From contig ADNK01001576.1 of the NCBI GenBank assembly GCA_000320545.1, forward strand, positions 39,402-103,401: a stretch of DNA of 64,000 nucleotides, in the 5' to 3' direction. The notes below the pieces were generated by a model. That model saw only the letters and a program-made list of their open reading frames with translations, was not told where the DNA came from and did no database searches. Origin of the DNA: Bigelowiella natans CCMP2755. Taxonomy: Eukaryota > Protista > Cercozoa. Below, piece after piece: positions 25,810-39,709 of the stretch. Position 1 is the first letter of the stretch. Each line of letters opens with the position of its first letter. The position numbers and the translations under genes were made by a program.

Positions 25810-26883
25810 AATATTACATTCATTGTTGCTATGATGAGCTGCTTCATCCATAATGTTTGTGAGACATCTTCACACACGTCTAAAGTTAAATAAAAAGAAT
25901 ACGCAGAAGGGATGTCCTCATCAACTCATGCCAATCCACTCATATTTGCAGCCAAAGCACATCCGGCTGGAAAAAAGATGCTTTTACTGGGCGGACAAGG
26001 CGGAAATCTTCTCCGGCGGGCAAATCGCTAAAATGAGAGGGAACTCGAATCAGGTTGATGCAATGCACCGCGCGTTGAAAAAATAAAAATCCACATGGAC
26101 TTCCTGAAACCTCCTCGTACACTTCCATAGCACATTCGGCCTTTTACCCTGCGCTTCTATGTACCCTGCTCGCCCGCTGTAATCGTGTCATTTGTTGAGA
26201 TTTGCCGTTTCCCCCCCCCCCCAAAAAAAAGATGGAACGTCTGAAGATAGGGAAAGTCAACGTAGTCTGTGTACCCGTCGATTTGATACAAGCTGTGGTT
26301 GCAACGTCCTCGCCTGGAGGATTCGTTCTCAAGGTGTGGGTGAATGCGTTCATCTAGGTGTTTGTCTGGAGAATGGCGGGGGAAAGGGGGGGGGGGGGGG
26401 AAGGAGGGAAAATCTGAAATTATGAGCTTTTGTTTTGCTATCCAATTCCTTCGATTTTTGCCTGAATACGCGTAAAGATGGTATGATGCTTACGTTATGT
26501 GGAGAAACTTTTCTTTTCATGATTATCCGAGGAACGTTACGCACACGCCCGACGTGTTATTCCGATGCATCTTACACACATTCTAAGGTTGGCGAAGGAC
26601 GGCAGCTGCGTGATTTTACGTTTACGCCGATGAAAGGTTTCTAAACCTGCACATGCGTACAGATTTACAAACATGCCCCCCGTCCCCCCCCCCCCTCTCC
26701 TATAAACATTATATATGCAGAATTGAGAACTTGATTTTGTAGGAGAAGCATTCATTCTTGTTATTTTCGTTATGACTTGGCAAACGTGTATTTTCTCCAG
26801 GAGGCAAATCCTTGTTTCAAAAGTGGGAAAAGGGCATAGAGCAGCACAAGAACCAGGTGGAGCAACATTCTCGCTTCGAATAG
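14939..26883 (+). CDS. Formin (FH1+FH2) with upstream MSP-like segment and C-terminal PH-like domain; multi-exon
   Basis: Poly-proline FH1 at 20170-20330 and 20594-20700. FH2 motifs KMKRLHWD (~21002), LLDAKTTRNVLI, LKLGNYMNAG...AYGFKLKTLMQL...KSADRKTSLL. MSP-like IAFRV...VRPSVGFIDAGKKVSIT at ~18578-18684. PH-like exons from ~25670 end in FQKWEKGIEQ...FE* at 26883. That the N-terminal exons belong to the same gene is inferred. Confidence 0.85.
17256..17309. repeat. Compound (TA)n(TG)n microsatellite, intronic
   Basis: Directly visible in the sequence. Confidence 0.95.
18259..18323. repeat. Compound (CA)n(TA)n microsatellite, intronic
   Basis: Directly visible in the sequence. Confidence 0.95.
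20594..20674 (+). repeat. 27-bp coding tandem repeat in formin FH1 (GIPPPPGMG x2 plus one diverged copy)
   Basis: ggtatcccccctcccccaggaatgggc at 20594-20620 and 20621-20647, with a diverged third unit at 20648-20674. Confidence 0.9.
21950..22013. repeat. (CT)n(CG)n microsatellite in a formin intron; representative of many (CT)n/(GA)n arrays at 16-24 kb
   Basis: Directly visible in the sequence. Confidence 0.95.
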
Positions 26884-27299
26884 AATAAATCATCCTCATT
26901 CGCCTCCTTTTTGCTCACATGTCACTGATTCTAAAATACATCAGACTGCTTTAACTGTATCAAGAAAGAGTCGATTCAGAAGTAACATCAAATAAGCTAT
27001 TACCACTTCTGTGCGTGCTTAAATTGCACGCAGTGAATAAGAGTGAAACAGTCGTGTAGAGAAGCGATTGTTTAGATCTTATTCGCAAAACTACGATTTC
27101 TTGCAGAAGGATGGAAGCAAATATACGCAGGATTTGGTCTCAAAATAACACTGCATATTGATTATGCTATTTTATACAATACAGATATAAGTGACGAATG
27201 TTGTACTTTAAAGTTGTACCTTCACGGTCTCTAGATGCTGGGGGGAAATATTAGTATTTTCGAATGTATACAAACGCGTGAGCACGTACAGATAGTAAC

Positions 27300-27990
27300 A
27301 TGGAACTTTGGTTTTTACACTTGCCATTATTGCCATGCACGTTGTGTAATCATTTAACTGCATGCGTTTCTTTCTAATGATATCAAATGTTGTGATCTAA
27401 TGGCACGCCATTTGAGCTCACAATTTTGTGAGAGTGCCCACGTGCGCGACAACTCTACACCGTGCGTCAATGATTTGCGATTATTTGTCGATTCTGAAAG
27501 GTTTTTAATTTCGCAAAGAATGTAAAAATGAAATGTAATTGCTACTAGGCTAACTTGCGCGCTAGCTAGCTTGCAACGCGGGCACTAGTCAATGCTTTGT
27601 TCAATGTTCAACGTTTCGAAGTAGAACCTAGCTAGCTAGCTACATCTCGATGCACATGCATGCACGAACATGCGCACGCAATCGCGCTTGCGTTGATCAC
27701 ATTGTGCGCCACTTACAAGCTTAGCTGGCGTAACCCAGACCTAATTTGGTATGCGTGCAATATCGGTTGAAGCTATTCTAGATTTTCCAAAGCATAGTAG
27801 TTACAGGTCACAGAGGAACAATCGCTTGCTAGCTAGCTATGCATGCGTTGCGCTGGCACAAATCAGGTGTGAGCTAGAGCAGGCAATTTAGCTTGCAAGG
27901 GATTTGATGTTGCACAAACTTGTCAATGGCATTCGAAACGATGCATGCCAAAATCAAGCGAATTCTGACGTTTAGGCGATTCACAATACT
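27300..27990. other. Intergenic spacer between convergent genes, partially TpA-depleted, with (CTAG)n runs
   Basis: Purine-TA-pyrimidine words are scarce. Runs such as tgcacatgcatgcacgaacatgcgcacgca (27651-27680) and (CTAG)n at ~27562, ~27628 and ~27829. Confidence 0.7.
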
Positions 27991-28051
27991 AGCTAATTAT
28001 CCGTGTGCGTTAATATCCATTGACGAACTTTAGCCAATCCATTTAAATTCA

Positions 28052-28828
28052 TTATCGCTTCACGTCCTCTTTCTCATCAACATTACCAGGCACATCTTCA
28101 TCACTGTGACTGTACTTTTTCAGATTTCGTTGTACGGAGAGGCTGTAGTATTCATCAAATAGTACCTGGGAGTTGTCATTATGGTTTCAGTGGAAAAAAA
28201 AACATTAAGTTTGGCCAACGGCGATGGAACGAAGAATGCTGATGACACACGTCCACAACCGTATAAACTAACAAAAAACTGTCATGAAACTCTGGCTCAA
28301 TTGCGGGGTATCACGATCTGCTACAAAAATAAACTCACGCACACAAAATAGCTTCTCACAGCAACCGCAATCAGTACCGGACATTCCTCTATCGGCCAAA
28401 GCAGCTCCCCTTCCAACATGCTGCAGCAGACATTTCGACAATGAGCACAAGATGTGCAAATCAAAGCCGCAATCAAACAAGAGCATGCGAGTAGTGTGAT
28501 TCCGCTCAATCAGCGCACAACGCAAATGCCAAGAGAATGCAACGTCGCCAAGAACCAAACGTTACATCCCCAATACCCGGTTTTACGCCCCTCAACAAAT
28601 GGACTAAGATCAAGCTAGCAAGGGACGAGAATCACCGCATCAAATTTTCTCAATTCGGCATTTCAAAAGTTTCAACCATCCACTCATGCGCATGCACGCA
28701 GAGCACAGAGCCCCCCCCCCCGCAGCCCCTCGGCATTCATGGGCGGGGCAGTGACTAACCTACACTCCTCAGGTACTGGTAGGGGCTTTCCAGTCATCGA
28801 ATCTAAGTTGTATACCTACATTATACAA

Positions 28829-28894
<66 letters not shown>

Positions 28895-29614
28895 GTATAT
28901 AAATTTATGTCAAAGCGTGTAAAAGACATAACGTCCGGTACTCCCAAGCCGATTGCAGCTTTCAAAGCGATTCTGTATCACACACCGAGTTCTCTATCCT
29001 CCCTCTTTCTCGCGCGCTCTCTCCCTATCTCTCTCTTTCTCTCTCTTAATTCTGTATCGGTAGGTGAGAGAGGGTAACGACTGACCAGCGGCGATCCTGT
29101 TGGAATTCTCAGCTTCTCGATTTCGGCTTTGGAAACGTCGAATACTGTCCCAATAAGGCTGGTTGACAAGGAAGAACAAAAAAGTAAAAAATATACATCT
29201 ATATACACATGCACTTATCATCAATGCTTATGATCGGCATTTTTAACGTCGTCACGCATCATCGAGCTGCTGCTGCTGAGGGCTCCTCGAAAACAACAGG
29301 CACAACTACCCACCTCCTCAAGGAATTCGCATGAGCAACGACCAAAATGCACTTGCCTTCTTTTACCTATTACATATTTGCACAGAAGGCAGGAGACGAG
29401 ATCAATCGTCACGCGAAACGCTGTGATTAAAAACCCGTGAGTGGGAGAAAATAATAGGCAAGATTTCATCTGATAAACGATCCAATAGACTTGTAGTAAT
29501 CGTACGAGTCAAGATGTTCCAAGCAGGTTATCTATCATGAACCCCCCCCCTCCCCTGCTCCCCCCTCCCCCCGCACAGACACACACAAGCATATATCCAA
29601 AAAAATAATGTACG

Positions 29615-29654
<40 letters not shown>

Positions 29655-31414
29655 CATATGATTATATTTATGTTGTATACATAGATGTCACAGTCGATGG
29701 GTGTCATCGATGTACTACTACTATTACTATTACTACTACTGCTACTACTACTACTACTGCTACAAGTTGTGCTACATGCGGCATAATGTATTCATTCCAG
29801 AACGGAAGTAGCCTTTGAGCGCATTGCTCCAGCGACTCTCCCCGGGGGATATCTTGACGGCAATAACGCGTAACAGCAACAACAGTAGTAGTAGGTAGTA
29901 GTAATAACAATGAAGATGATGATAATTATGAATATCATAGAGCTTCGATGTACATCGACGGCATCGAAAACACGCAAACACGAGTCGGATTCGCAAGCTT
30001 TGTGAGTTCGTTTGAGAGTAATCTTTGTTCATAAGTCATTGCGTTCATCAACAACTCCCTTTCCCATTCCAATCAAAGTCCCCATCTCCCCATCAAAAGT
30101 ATCGTCATCAAATCATCATCTTTCACCACCCTTCAGTAACTTTTTAATACGCATGCGTGAAGGCCTCACCTCCTCCCATTTCTTCGATCTCTTCCCGTGA
30201 ATACCTACCACAGTAACAACAGTTCAGAGAAGTGAAATTCCTTCTTGGCGGAAGTAAACTCAGCACGTTTCCCTTTGTCGCATGAAAGAGCATATCATAT
30301 CTAATAGACACGAAGAGAAATTAACTGTATTCTGAACAGCAAAAAGCTCGTGCTTTGGAGGGCACACGCTAGCACGCAGTATTCACACATTCTTTCATCA
30401 GAAGCACTGCTTACTGCTCTCTGACAACACTGTAATGAGGGTGGTTATCCGGCATTTTAGGAGGGGGTACATCCCATGATCTGTTAAATCGACGAGAACC
30501 AACAGAATGGCATTAGGAGAAAAACCTATTGCTTTACATCTGCATAAATATCATGAGTTGTTGATCTCGTGCATTGGCGCTGCAGCTACACGACAGACAA
30601 CGCTGCAGGGACCTTCTCCATTTCCGGACGGATTCCTTGTCGTAGAAAGACTCAACGATCGTCTCTTTATTATACCCCTGCCATCAGAACGACAATCAAA
30701 TCATGGAAACTTCTCTGACACCAACGAGGAGTGTTAGTTTCAGCAATACGCAGAGCACAACGGCATATGCAGCCAACAGAATAGATTACACACTCATTTT
30801 ATTCGCTCATTTTACTGACTAAAACTTTCGAATTGCTGGTACTTTTACCTGTAGTGCACCGTAGTGCCTTTCGTTAAGACGCCATGAGCGAATCGCCTGA
30901 GTGCAGGGGGAAAGGGCGACCATGGGGGAGGGGAAGGGAGGAGGAGAGGGGGGAGGAGGAATAACAGTAAGACGAGGCATAAGCGAGTTCATAATTACAA
31001 TCGGAAACATCAAAGTTTCTTGGGTTTGAAATATGAGATCAAATCGTCTTCTACTGTATAACTCATATGAGGCAAATCCATGCAAGGTGGTAGCAGTAGT
31101 ATGGTTCAAATGATGGAGGAGCTCTTGACAAGAAACCCGTTAAAAACAAAAACAAGTGTCACCGAGAAGTTTGCCGTTGTATTTGCGAGCATTAAATCCA
31201 GGGTCTCGTAGCTTCTCTGCAAGATCATATCATCGCCGTCGATATCATCATCATCATCATCGTCGATATCATCATTGTAAGGCCTCTCATCTTAGCAATG
31301 GCATGAAGATAATAGCTGCTAATATTGGAAAACGCAACTATATAAGACCGTTTGATTTAAATGGAAACGCATTGAGATTTGTGAATACTGTTTTCGATCT
31401 CTGATAATACATAC

Positions 31415-31471
<57 letters not shown>

Positions 31472-31869
31472 TTATATACCTTCAACTTCGATGTAAAAGC
31501 AACCTCTACCAGATCTAAGATCCCGCGCTAAGTACGTTATAAACAAAATAAGAAGTAAAAACACTGCTGGATGAATGTGAGTCATAAGTATACATCGTCT
31601 ATATGATGCCATCAGTCTCACCAACAATGCATTAGGAAGCCAGATAGCGATATCAGACATTTGTGCAATGATAAAGGCGCATTCGTCCTGGAATTGTCTT
31701 GTGTTTTTGAGCCGAAATTGAAGCATTGGTTAAACGCGAAACCGTTACGAATATGGTGAGAATCTTGAATTTACCTCGTGCAGCATTCTACCAGCCTCAC
31801 TAGCCTCGTGTTTTCCTGAAAGAAAAATCTCTAAGCTTAAATATCAGCAATTGGACAAAAGATAGAGAG

Positions 31870-31915
<46 letters not shown>

Positions 31916-32048
31916 CAGAAGAATGATACTGCTACTGATATGGTTATTAATTCTTACCTTTCGCTGATAAAGGAACATCAAACCAACCAGTAAAACGCTC
32001 ATCGCTGGCACGATTCCATTCAGATTCTGGTCACAGAAATTGTACGCA

Positions 32049-32082
<34 letters not shown>

Positions 32083-32818
32083 AATAATTTAGAGTTGCGT
32101 TCATCTATTGTCAAAAGTTACTACTACCGCCATGTCGTATCAACACCAGCGTCGAGATCTTGTGCGAAACATGCGCGCCCACCACTCGAGAGCCACCGAG
32201 CACTCGGTGAAAGCTTGCCAAATCGCCATCGCTCGGCTGAGACGACGATGATGAAGACATTGAGTTGCCTCTGTAATCACCAGCGCCACTATTTCTGAAT
32301 CGGGCTTTCAATGAGCTATTTCCATACTCTCGAGAGACTGCTCGAACGCCAACATCACAATGGCGCCCAGTGCGGTGAAAGTGACAGCAGACAGGAGTCC
32401 CAGGCCAGCTCCTCGAAAATTGAGGATAAAGCAACGGTGGCTCAGCCTTCACTCTCTGCTGCTGCCGCCGATTCGTGGTTAACCCATACCTCGTCCCATG
32501 GTGCAAGAGAGAATAACGCAACTGATTCTTCGTGGTTGACTTAGACATTAGGCTCCTTCCATGCTGTTGTCTTAAATGGCTCGTGAAGGCGAATCGCTGC
32601 ATTTCGAACGTGTTTCGGGTGGAGATAGAAATGAGGCCGACGACGATGGAAAGTAGAATAAAGCTAGTCTTCGCAAACGTAAGTAGCGATCGTTTTATTC
32701 CGTAGGGAGAGGCGCTTAGTCTTAGCCGAAGTGGAAATATTCTGTATTTACTAAGGATGTTTCTGCAGTGGTTTCGTCGCTGTTGATCGATATCTTCAAC
32801 ACGAACTACCAGGTCCAT
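28052..32818 (-). CDS. gpmA: 2,3-bisphosphoglycerate-dependent phosphoglycerate mutase with long N-terminal signal/transit-like leader; 3' end approximate
   Basis: Spliced TLVLIRHG|ESEWN...RFTGWFDVPLS, VAFTSKLK, SWRLNERHYGALQ, WDVPPPKM, IPRGESL...RLLPFW, AHANSLR and LRIPTGSPL. The leader has the hydrophobic stretch FILLSIVVGLISIS followed by an R/S-rich segment. Confidence 0.9.
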
Positions 32819-33322
32819 GGACTAGATTAACAGATATCTACGACAACGCCAGCCTACTACGACAGTATTGTCATCTACCCGAGCTATAGAGTGATTCTGC
32901 CTCCCCAGACTTAACTAATAAAAGGGTTGGGGGCGGTTCGGATAGGGAAGGCGAAAAATTATCGAAGATATTTCCTTGACTCCTAGTATGATATATTCGG
33001 TAAAATCACCTTAAACTCGGCACACTGATCACTACTTCCGAAACATGGTACCCGTTTATACGATGAAGTACCATGGAATCATTGTCGTAGCTATGAAACA
33101 GTCCTCATTTTCGCTAGGAGAGTATTCCATTCTCGAAGCCCCACCCAGTTGCCGATTTCACGATGTTTCTCCGTTGCGTATACGCCTTTGGTTTCATCCA
33201 TATTTTTTGTTGAGAATGTTGTCTCAAAGAAAATATGCAGGGTTTTGTTGTTTTTTCCAGTTTATTGTCGTTGTGTTTATGCATCTGAAATACGTGAGCA
33301 CCCACCCGTGCCCCCATGAATT

Positions 33323-34893
33323 ATGTGTGGGATTGGCGTTTTCGTGCCGTGTGGAAGATGCAGAAGCTTGGGAAGTGCTGAAGGTCGAACTGGGCAATCT
33401 CCCCCCTCCTTACGTTTCAAAAAAGAAGCGCATGCTATGCTTTGTGCTATCGGCAGCGGCAGCATATTCACATGTGACATGTTATCGAAGCAGGGGAGTC
33501 TTGCCTCTTTGGCTGCCAACATTTTCAGCCTGAGTTCCTAGAACAAGCGCTGAAAGGAAGGGGGCCGGATCGCGTAAAGTCGCTTTGGATCCATGATACC
33601 AAATCGGTTCAGTACAATAAGCTACCCGTGGGCATTATCTTATGCTTTTGCGATACATAATGTTGAAAGGAGAGTAGTTCTCGAGCTAATCGTATCGCCT
33701 TAATGACGGGAGCTGTCCTGCACCTAAGGTGTTTTTTCATGAACGTGCGAAGCTTAATTCTTTTACTTAGTCTATTTGTGATTCGAATCGAAGTTGTACT
33801 TACTTTGCTAGACGCCAAAGCAGATTTTACATACGCTAATCATTCTAGTCTTGGAATTTAAGTGCATCGATTTTTGTTTTGTACAGAGGAGATCGCGTCC
33901 ACGAACAGCCAATACCTGACAGTACTGGAAACGTATTGCTTTGGAATGGGGAGGTCCTGTAGTATCTTCAGTTTTTGCACAAATGCAATGTTGAATGTGC
34001 ATTTTTGTGTTGTGATTGTAAGGTTTGGGCGGGAGAACCGAAAGTCGCCACAGGCTGCAACGATACAATTGCAGTGCTAAATTCGTTGCAAAAGACAACG
34101 AGCACGATGGAAACACTAAAGAAGGTTAAAGGTATGTAAAGCTGCAGGTATTTTTGTATATTTTCGTAGTATACGATAAAAAAGATTAATTACAACATCC
34201 GCTAAGGCCCATACAGCATGATTTACTGGGACAATCGGACTAAGACTCTAAGATTCTCCAAAGATGCGTTAGGCCGCCGAAGGTAGATTATACTGTCTTA
34301 ATGCATTTTAAAAACGTACTTCCTTCAATATTCGTTCCTGCAACACCGCTGCATTACATTACTCATAAATGTGAACCTATGCTTAAAGCCTTCTTCTCGG
34401 AGAATTCGTTACGGAAACCGGGAATCCTCGTTTTAAGGGAAATGGCACGTCTACGAAATCTCGCTTGGAGTCCACTGACTCACCGCCTTTCCTTATCTGC
34501 TCAAATGCCGTACTGAAGCAAAAGCGCAGCAGCCGTAAAACCGGCGACCTATGCAGCTTCAAAAATATCAGATGGCACGAGCTACCCATTTCTGGAGTGT
34601 TTAGCATACCCCTTAAAGGGGTTTCTCCTCCTCCTGCTGCTCCCCGTCCTTCTCCTCAAAGATCAGGCGAAGCGGGGGATAATGATTCTGCGACATGCCT
34701 CCCAATGCAATGTAGGCTTTGGCCAGATATTGCCTCTGCGAATCCCAGGTCAATGATAGCTAAGATGCAATCCATTTCCCATCAGTACATACAGTCATCA
34801 ATCTTCGTAGTTATGAACATGATTGGTGCGAGTATGCTCAATGCGCCTCCCTTACGTCCGCTTTTGTGGCGTTTGAAGTAAATTCGGTTAAAT

Positions 34894-34930
<37 letters not shown>

Positions 34931-36931
34931 TATTGTTTTTACATGTTTTTCACAGGTCGGATAATGTAGTCGCCTGTGAGCTCTGCCCCTCCAAAGAAAT
35001 GGTTGAAGAAAAAGACACCGATACAACGATTAGCAAAGAAGGCCGGATTACAAAAAGGGCGGGTGGAGAAATACCTGGAATTTCGAGGCATGAAGCAGCA
35101 GCAGCAGCAGCAGTAGCTTTCGTGAATAGAAAAGATCAGATTTATAGCAGAGAGCCTGAAATCAGCAAAGCCAAGATCCGCACTTTCCCTTCCCTTTCAG
35201 TTTATATCTCCTACCTCACCACCCTCATCGAAAAGCGCACGGCTCTTTCTTCTTTGAATGCTACTAAAACGCCCAGTGGAGAAATACAACAGCCCTCCTC
35301 CGCATCTATTCCCTCCGTTTATAAAAAGGCGTCTATAGTTGTAAGAGGGGGGGAGATAGACGTTGACCAAAAAGTCTCCAAAGGTGAAGCTGCAAGCATT
35401 GCAACGTCATTCAGCAGTAAGAAGCGGAAAACTTCTGCGACAACGCCTTCGCCTCTTTCTTTATCATCGTCAAGCACGTGCTCGAAGAAAAATCATTCCG
35501 ATTTACCACTTACTGCTGATTCTCCCGCCTCCGCACTTTCATCACCTCCCCTTGAGTCTTCCCTCACAAACAACAAGAGGGATGTTGATGATAGTTTTGC
35601 TGCTTTGGATACGAACGAAGAGTCATCCCAATCATCATCATCATCAATATCAACTTCAAACCAAGTTTTTGCCAAGGCACTTGCGCAAGCTGTTAGGATA
35701 CGCGTGGAGAACATACCATCAGTACGTTATGCACGGTGCCGCTGTTTGGGTCATGTGGGAATGCATATACATGCCCATCTCCTTCCTTCCTATAATAAAA
35801 AAAAAGTTAAGAACGTAAATACTAGAGTTATGATATTTGCGTGTATATACTGTTGCAATTTGAATTCATATGTAATTTTCCAATCTCCTCTACAAGTAGA
35901 ATCTCCTCACCACGCCTCCCCCCCTCCCCTTTATTCTGTCAAACAGGAGGATGCAATGGAATGCGAAATCGATTCTGACAAGACAAACCATAACGGTGAG
36001 GACCTTGATGATGTGCTTATTTTGTTGTATGAACTTGACGATCCCAAATTATATTTTTCTCTGCTGTATGGTCATAGCTCCTCCCATTTTTACTTCTTCG
36101 ATTGCATCGAACGCAAAGTGCGAAGTCGTAATACCTAGACACGTATTGGCCAATAAAATGCTGATGTTTCGTCTTCCTTCATGAGTGGATGTGATTTCAT
36201 GGAACATATCTACGATCTATATGAAGCGCATAGTGCAGTCATCATCTTCCATAATTTATTTCTCAAAGGAAACTCTAGAGTTGCCGTGCTATTTAGTGGA
36301 GGGCTGGATTGCATGGTGATTGCAGCATTAGGTGAATCAACATTCGAGACATTACGCATACGCTGATACAGATACGTGCATATGCATTTTCCACAAAGAA
36401 TTGTTTATTATACATCCATACTGTGCCTATCTAAAAACCCCCAAACGTATATTCGAATGAAGATCATGTTTCCGGGGCATCTTAAGTAAGATAAGTTGCC
36501 ATGGATTCGTCTTATGATTTATAAGGCAATGCGATTAGTGCTGCGAATTGGAATACATTTTATATACAAACTTACAGAGGCACTTTACACACATAATGTT
36601 ATGGCTCCTTACAGCCGATAGATATGCAGACAAGAAGGAGCCCATTGATCTCATTAATGTGGCTTTCACGGGAGATATTACCAACGAACAAATTCAGAAA
36701 TCGCCTTCGTTAGCTTCGAAAATCTCGAGATCGGTGAGAAATGCCTTTAAACGCAAGTGCTTTTAGTTCTATTACATGTTAAATTTTTAGTTGTATTGCA
36801 CTGTGTATACTCTCATTATGCATTGTAACTATACTATCCGGAAAATATGTGAGTAAGTTTATATGTGCATGTGTGTGTGCGCGTGTGTTTGTATGTGTGT
36901 GTGTGTGCGCGCACATATTTGTAAAACGTAT

Positions 36932-36966
<35 letters not shown>

Positions 36967-37987
36967 CGTGTACAATTGCAATAGGTTCCGGACCGAGCAT
37001 CAGCACTCAATGGCTTGTGCGAATTGAAAAGAATTTCGTCGCGCTATTGGCGGTTGATTGAGGTCAACATCTCTCTTCAGGGTAACAAGATTAGTCCTTT
37101 TATTATTCACTACACGTGCAAACATGCCCGCGCGCACACTTAAATACGAGCTGTTTGTGTTATTTCGTGCAGCATCACAGGCTTAACAAACGTGAAATGG
37201 CAATTCTATTCAGATCTCGAAGATGCTACTAACAACATAGAAGGCCTCCTCCTCCCACGTGCTACGATGATGGACTTCAATATCGGCGCTATTCTGCATT
37301 TTGCCTCAAAAGGGTAGCTCCTTGCCCACGCGCACCCACAGTTAATTCATGCAAAATGGAACCGAGCTTTTCTTTGTTTTGCCTCCCAAACGACAGATGC
37401 GGTCTAGTGTGGGAAGGGTCCTCTCGAGCGTTTACAGAATACGCGTCTACGCGCTATGCAACTGCCACGCAAATAGGCGTGAGAGACAATCGCTCCAACT
37501 CTGATGGTTTCGAGGAAATGCAAGTGAAACGCTCCAGGGCTGCTTCCACTGCTGCTGGTGGTGGTGCTGCTGGTGGTAGTGCCAGGCATGCAAACGAAGG
37601 TGTAAAATCTATGGAGACTGAAGGCAGAGAGGAGGAGACGGAGGAGGGACAATACGCGGTGTACACGTCCAAAGCAAAAGTGTTTCTCATCGGATTAGGT
37701 TATTCTTCGTAAGAAAAATGATAAATTGTATTGTTATCTGCTCTACTTTACGTTATGTATATTAATACCTTTGCGCATTTACGCTTTGCTTTTTTTTTGG
37801 CTAGGTGCCGATGAGCTTCTAGGGGGCTATGGTCGACACCGGGCTGTTTATAAGAGGGGGGGGGTGGGGCGATTGAGGCAAGAACTTAACAAAGATTTCG
37901 GTCAGGAAGAATGACACAATTAAAAACTTCCAAATGTATTATGTGTGTGCACGCACGATGCACCTCAAGCTGCGATGATGGAATTGT

Positions 37988-38023
<36 letters not shown>

Positions 38024-39039
38024 GTTTTGAATTTGCAAGTCTTTTAGAAATTGTGTTGTTGTCTGAACTTTGGTGGTTTCCAGCACGTTTGTGGCAACGC
38101 AATTTGGCGCGCGATGATCGGATGGTTTCATCTTGTGGGAGAGGTGATTTGTCATGTTGTGTGTGAGATTGGGTATTCATTTATTGTTAGACAAGGTATT
38201 GTGGTGTCCTCGGTCGTAGCATATTATTATAAATGTACAAGGGAAGCAACGACTATTGAAATGCTTATTAGATAGGGATTTGACACTCGGAACACGCAAC
38301 TGCAAGCACATTCCATTTTCTGTTTTGTTTGTTTTATTTGTTGATTTCTAAAATGCACAGAGGCACGACACCCCTACCTCGACGAATCCTTTTGTACGCT
38401 AGTGCGGTCTCTGCCCCTTCACCACGTAAGAAGAATACTAACACGATACGACGCAACTTGACCATTCTGTGCGCATATGTGCGTGTGCGTGTGTACGTTG
38501 CCCTTGGAGGTTTCTAAATGTTGCGTGTTTCTCAGATCTGTGATATGCGCTTACAACCGGGGGAAGGTGATAAGCTGATTCTTCGTACGTTGGCCCACAG
38601 CTTAGGGCTGAAACGAAACGCCTTCCTGGTGAAGAGAGCTATGCAGTTCGGCACTCGAATTGCCAACCCCAAAGTACCCGGGCAGATGCGATTCCCAATT
38701 GCGAGGCAGAAAGCACCGCAAACCAACCTAGATGGCCGCGAGTTCTGCGAAAGGGGGGACATTGAAAAAAAAGAGGCGGAAATCGATCTCCTCGATCGAA
38801 AGATGGGGAAAGGGCCACAAGGACGACATCGTAGCGCTAGGCATCGTAGCCTTGGTGACGGGGTGTGTCAGAGAGGAGAGGCGGGTTCTCTTCGGTCTTT
38901 AGTCAACCAACAGTTCCTCATCAAACCAAAGAACGATGAGCGTAATAAGCACAAACACAGCAAAGGAGATTTCCACAAAAAGAAGAAGGCAAAAAAGAAA
39001 AAAAACAAGGGAGGGTCACATGCACACGAAAAGTCATGA
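33323..39039 (+). CDS. ASNSD1: Asparagine synthetase domain-containing protein 1
   Basis: N-terminal MCGI, RGPD, AVLHLR, LLWNGEV, KDALGRR, VAVLFSGGLDC, PIDLINVAF, PDR, GADELLGGYGRHR, RLWQRNLARDDR, PYLDE and GDKLILR...KRAMQFG. Lys-rich tail ends at 39039. Confidence 0.92.
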
Positions 39040-39709
39040 ACATTTCTTTAGGCCTTTAATTAAACGAGCAACATTGTGATATCCAACATGTTTTCACAAC
39101 GTCAGATGCACGGCATGCTAGCATGTACTATGCTGAGTAAGCAGATATTAATGAAGTATTCCGGTATAATGATAGCGTATTAAATAATAGTGTCGCGCAT
39201 ACTCTGCTGCTTCGTTTTTAGAGCTATCTCAGCTATAATTAAATTGCGCAGAATAATAGACAACGAAATACCAAATATTGAAAGTTTTAGCGTTATTAAT
39301 TTGCCATGCGCATCAAAACCAAAGCAATTAGCTATGGAAACAACATCTCTTGACACAGTCGCCATATAAAAACTGAGTAGTTAAATGTTTTTATGGTGAG
39401 TTCATTGCGGCGAGCAAGCAATCGCGCCAACGAAACCAAGTGCATTATTCCAAATATCGTAGTGCACGTAACAATGCTTTCCACTTGTACATGATTGCAT
39501 CCCCCTTGCAAATGGACTACAAATGTGCCAATGATGACCACTTCACCACCAGCAAAATAATCCACATGGGGTGTATCACAGCTAAATGTCGCAGTCTTAT
39601 CGATCTATCCACGTATTCTAATTCTCCGACTGTGACGATGGAACTCGTGACATACTTTTAGGCGTTTTTTACCGCGGACGGCTGCTCGACTCCGCCAGAC
39701 GCGGTAGCC

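Noticed and set aside
16093-25877. ORFs with SLSLSL, YIYIYI, THTHTH, CVCVCV or ERERER runs
   Set aside because: These are translations of intronic dinucleotide microsatellites or antisense frames of formin exons.
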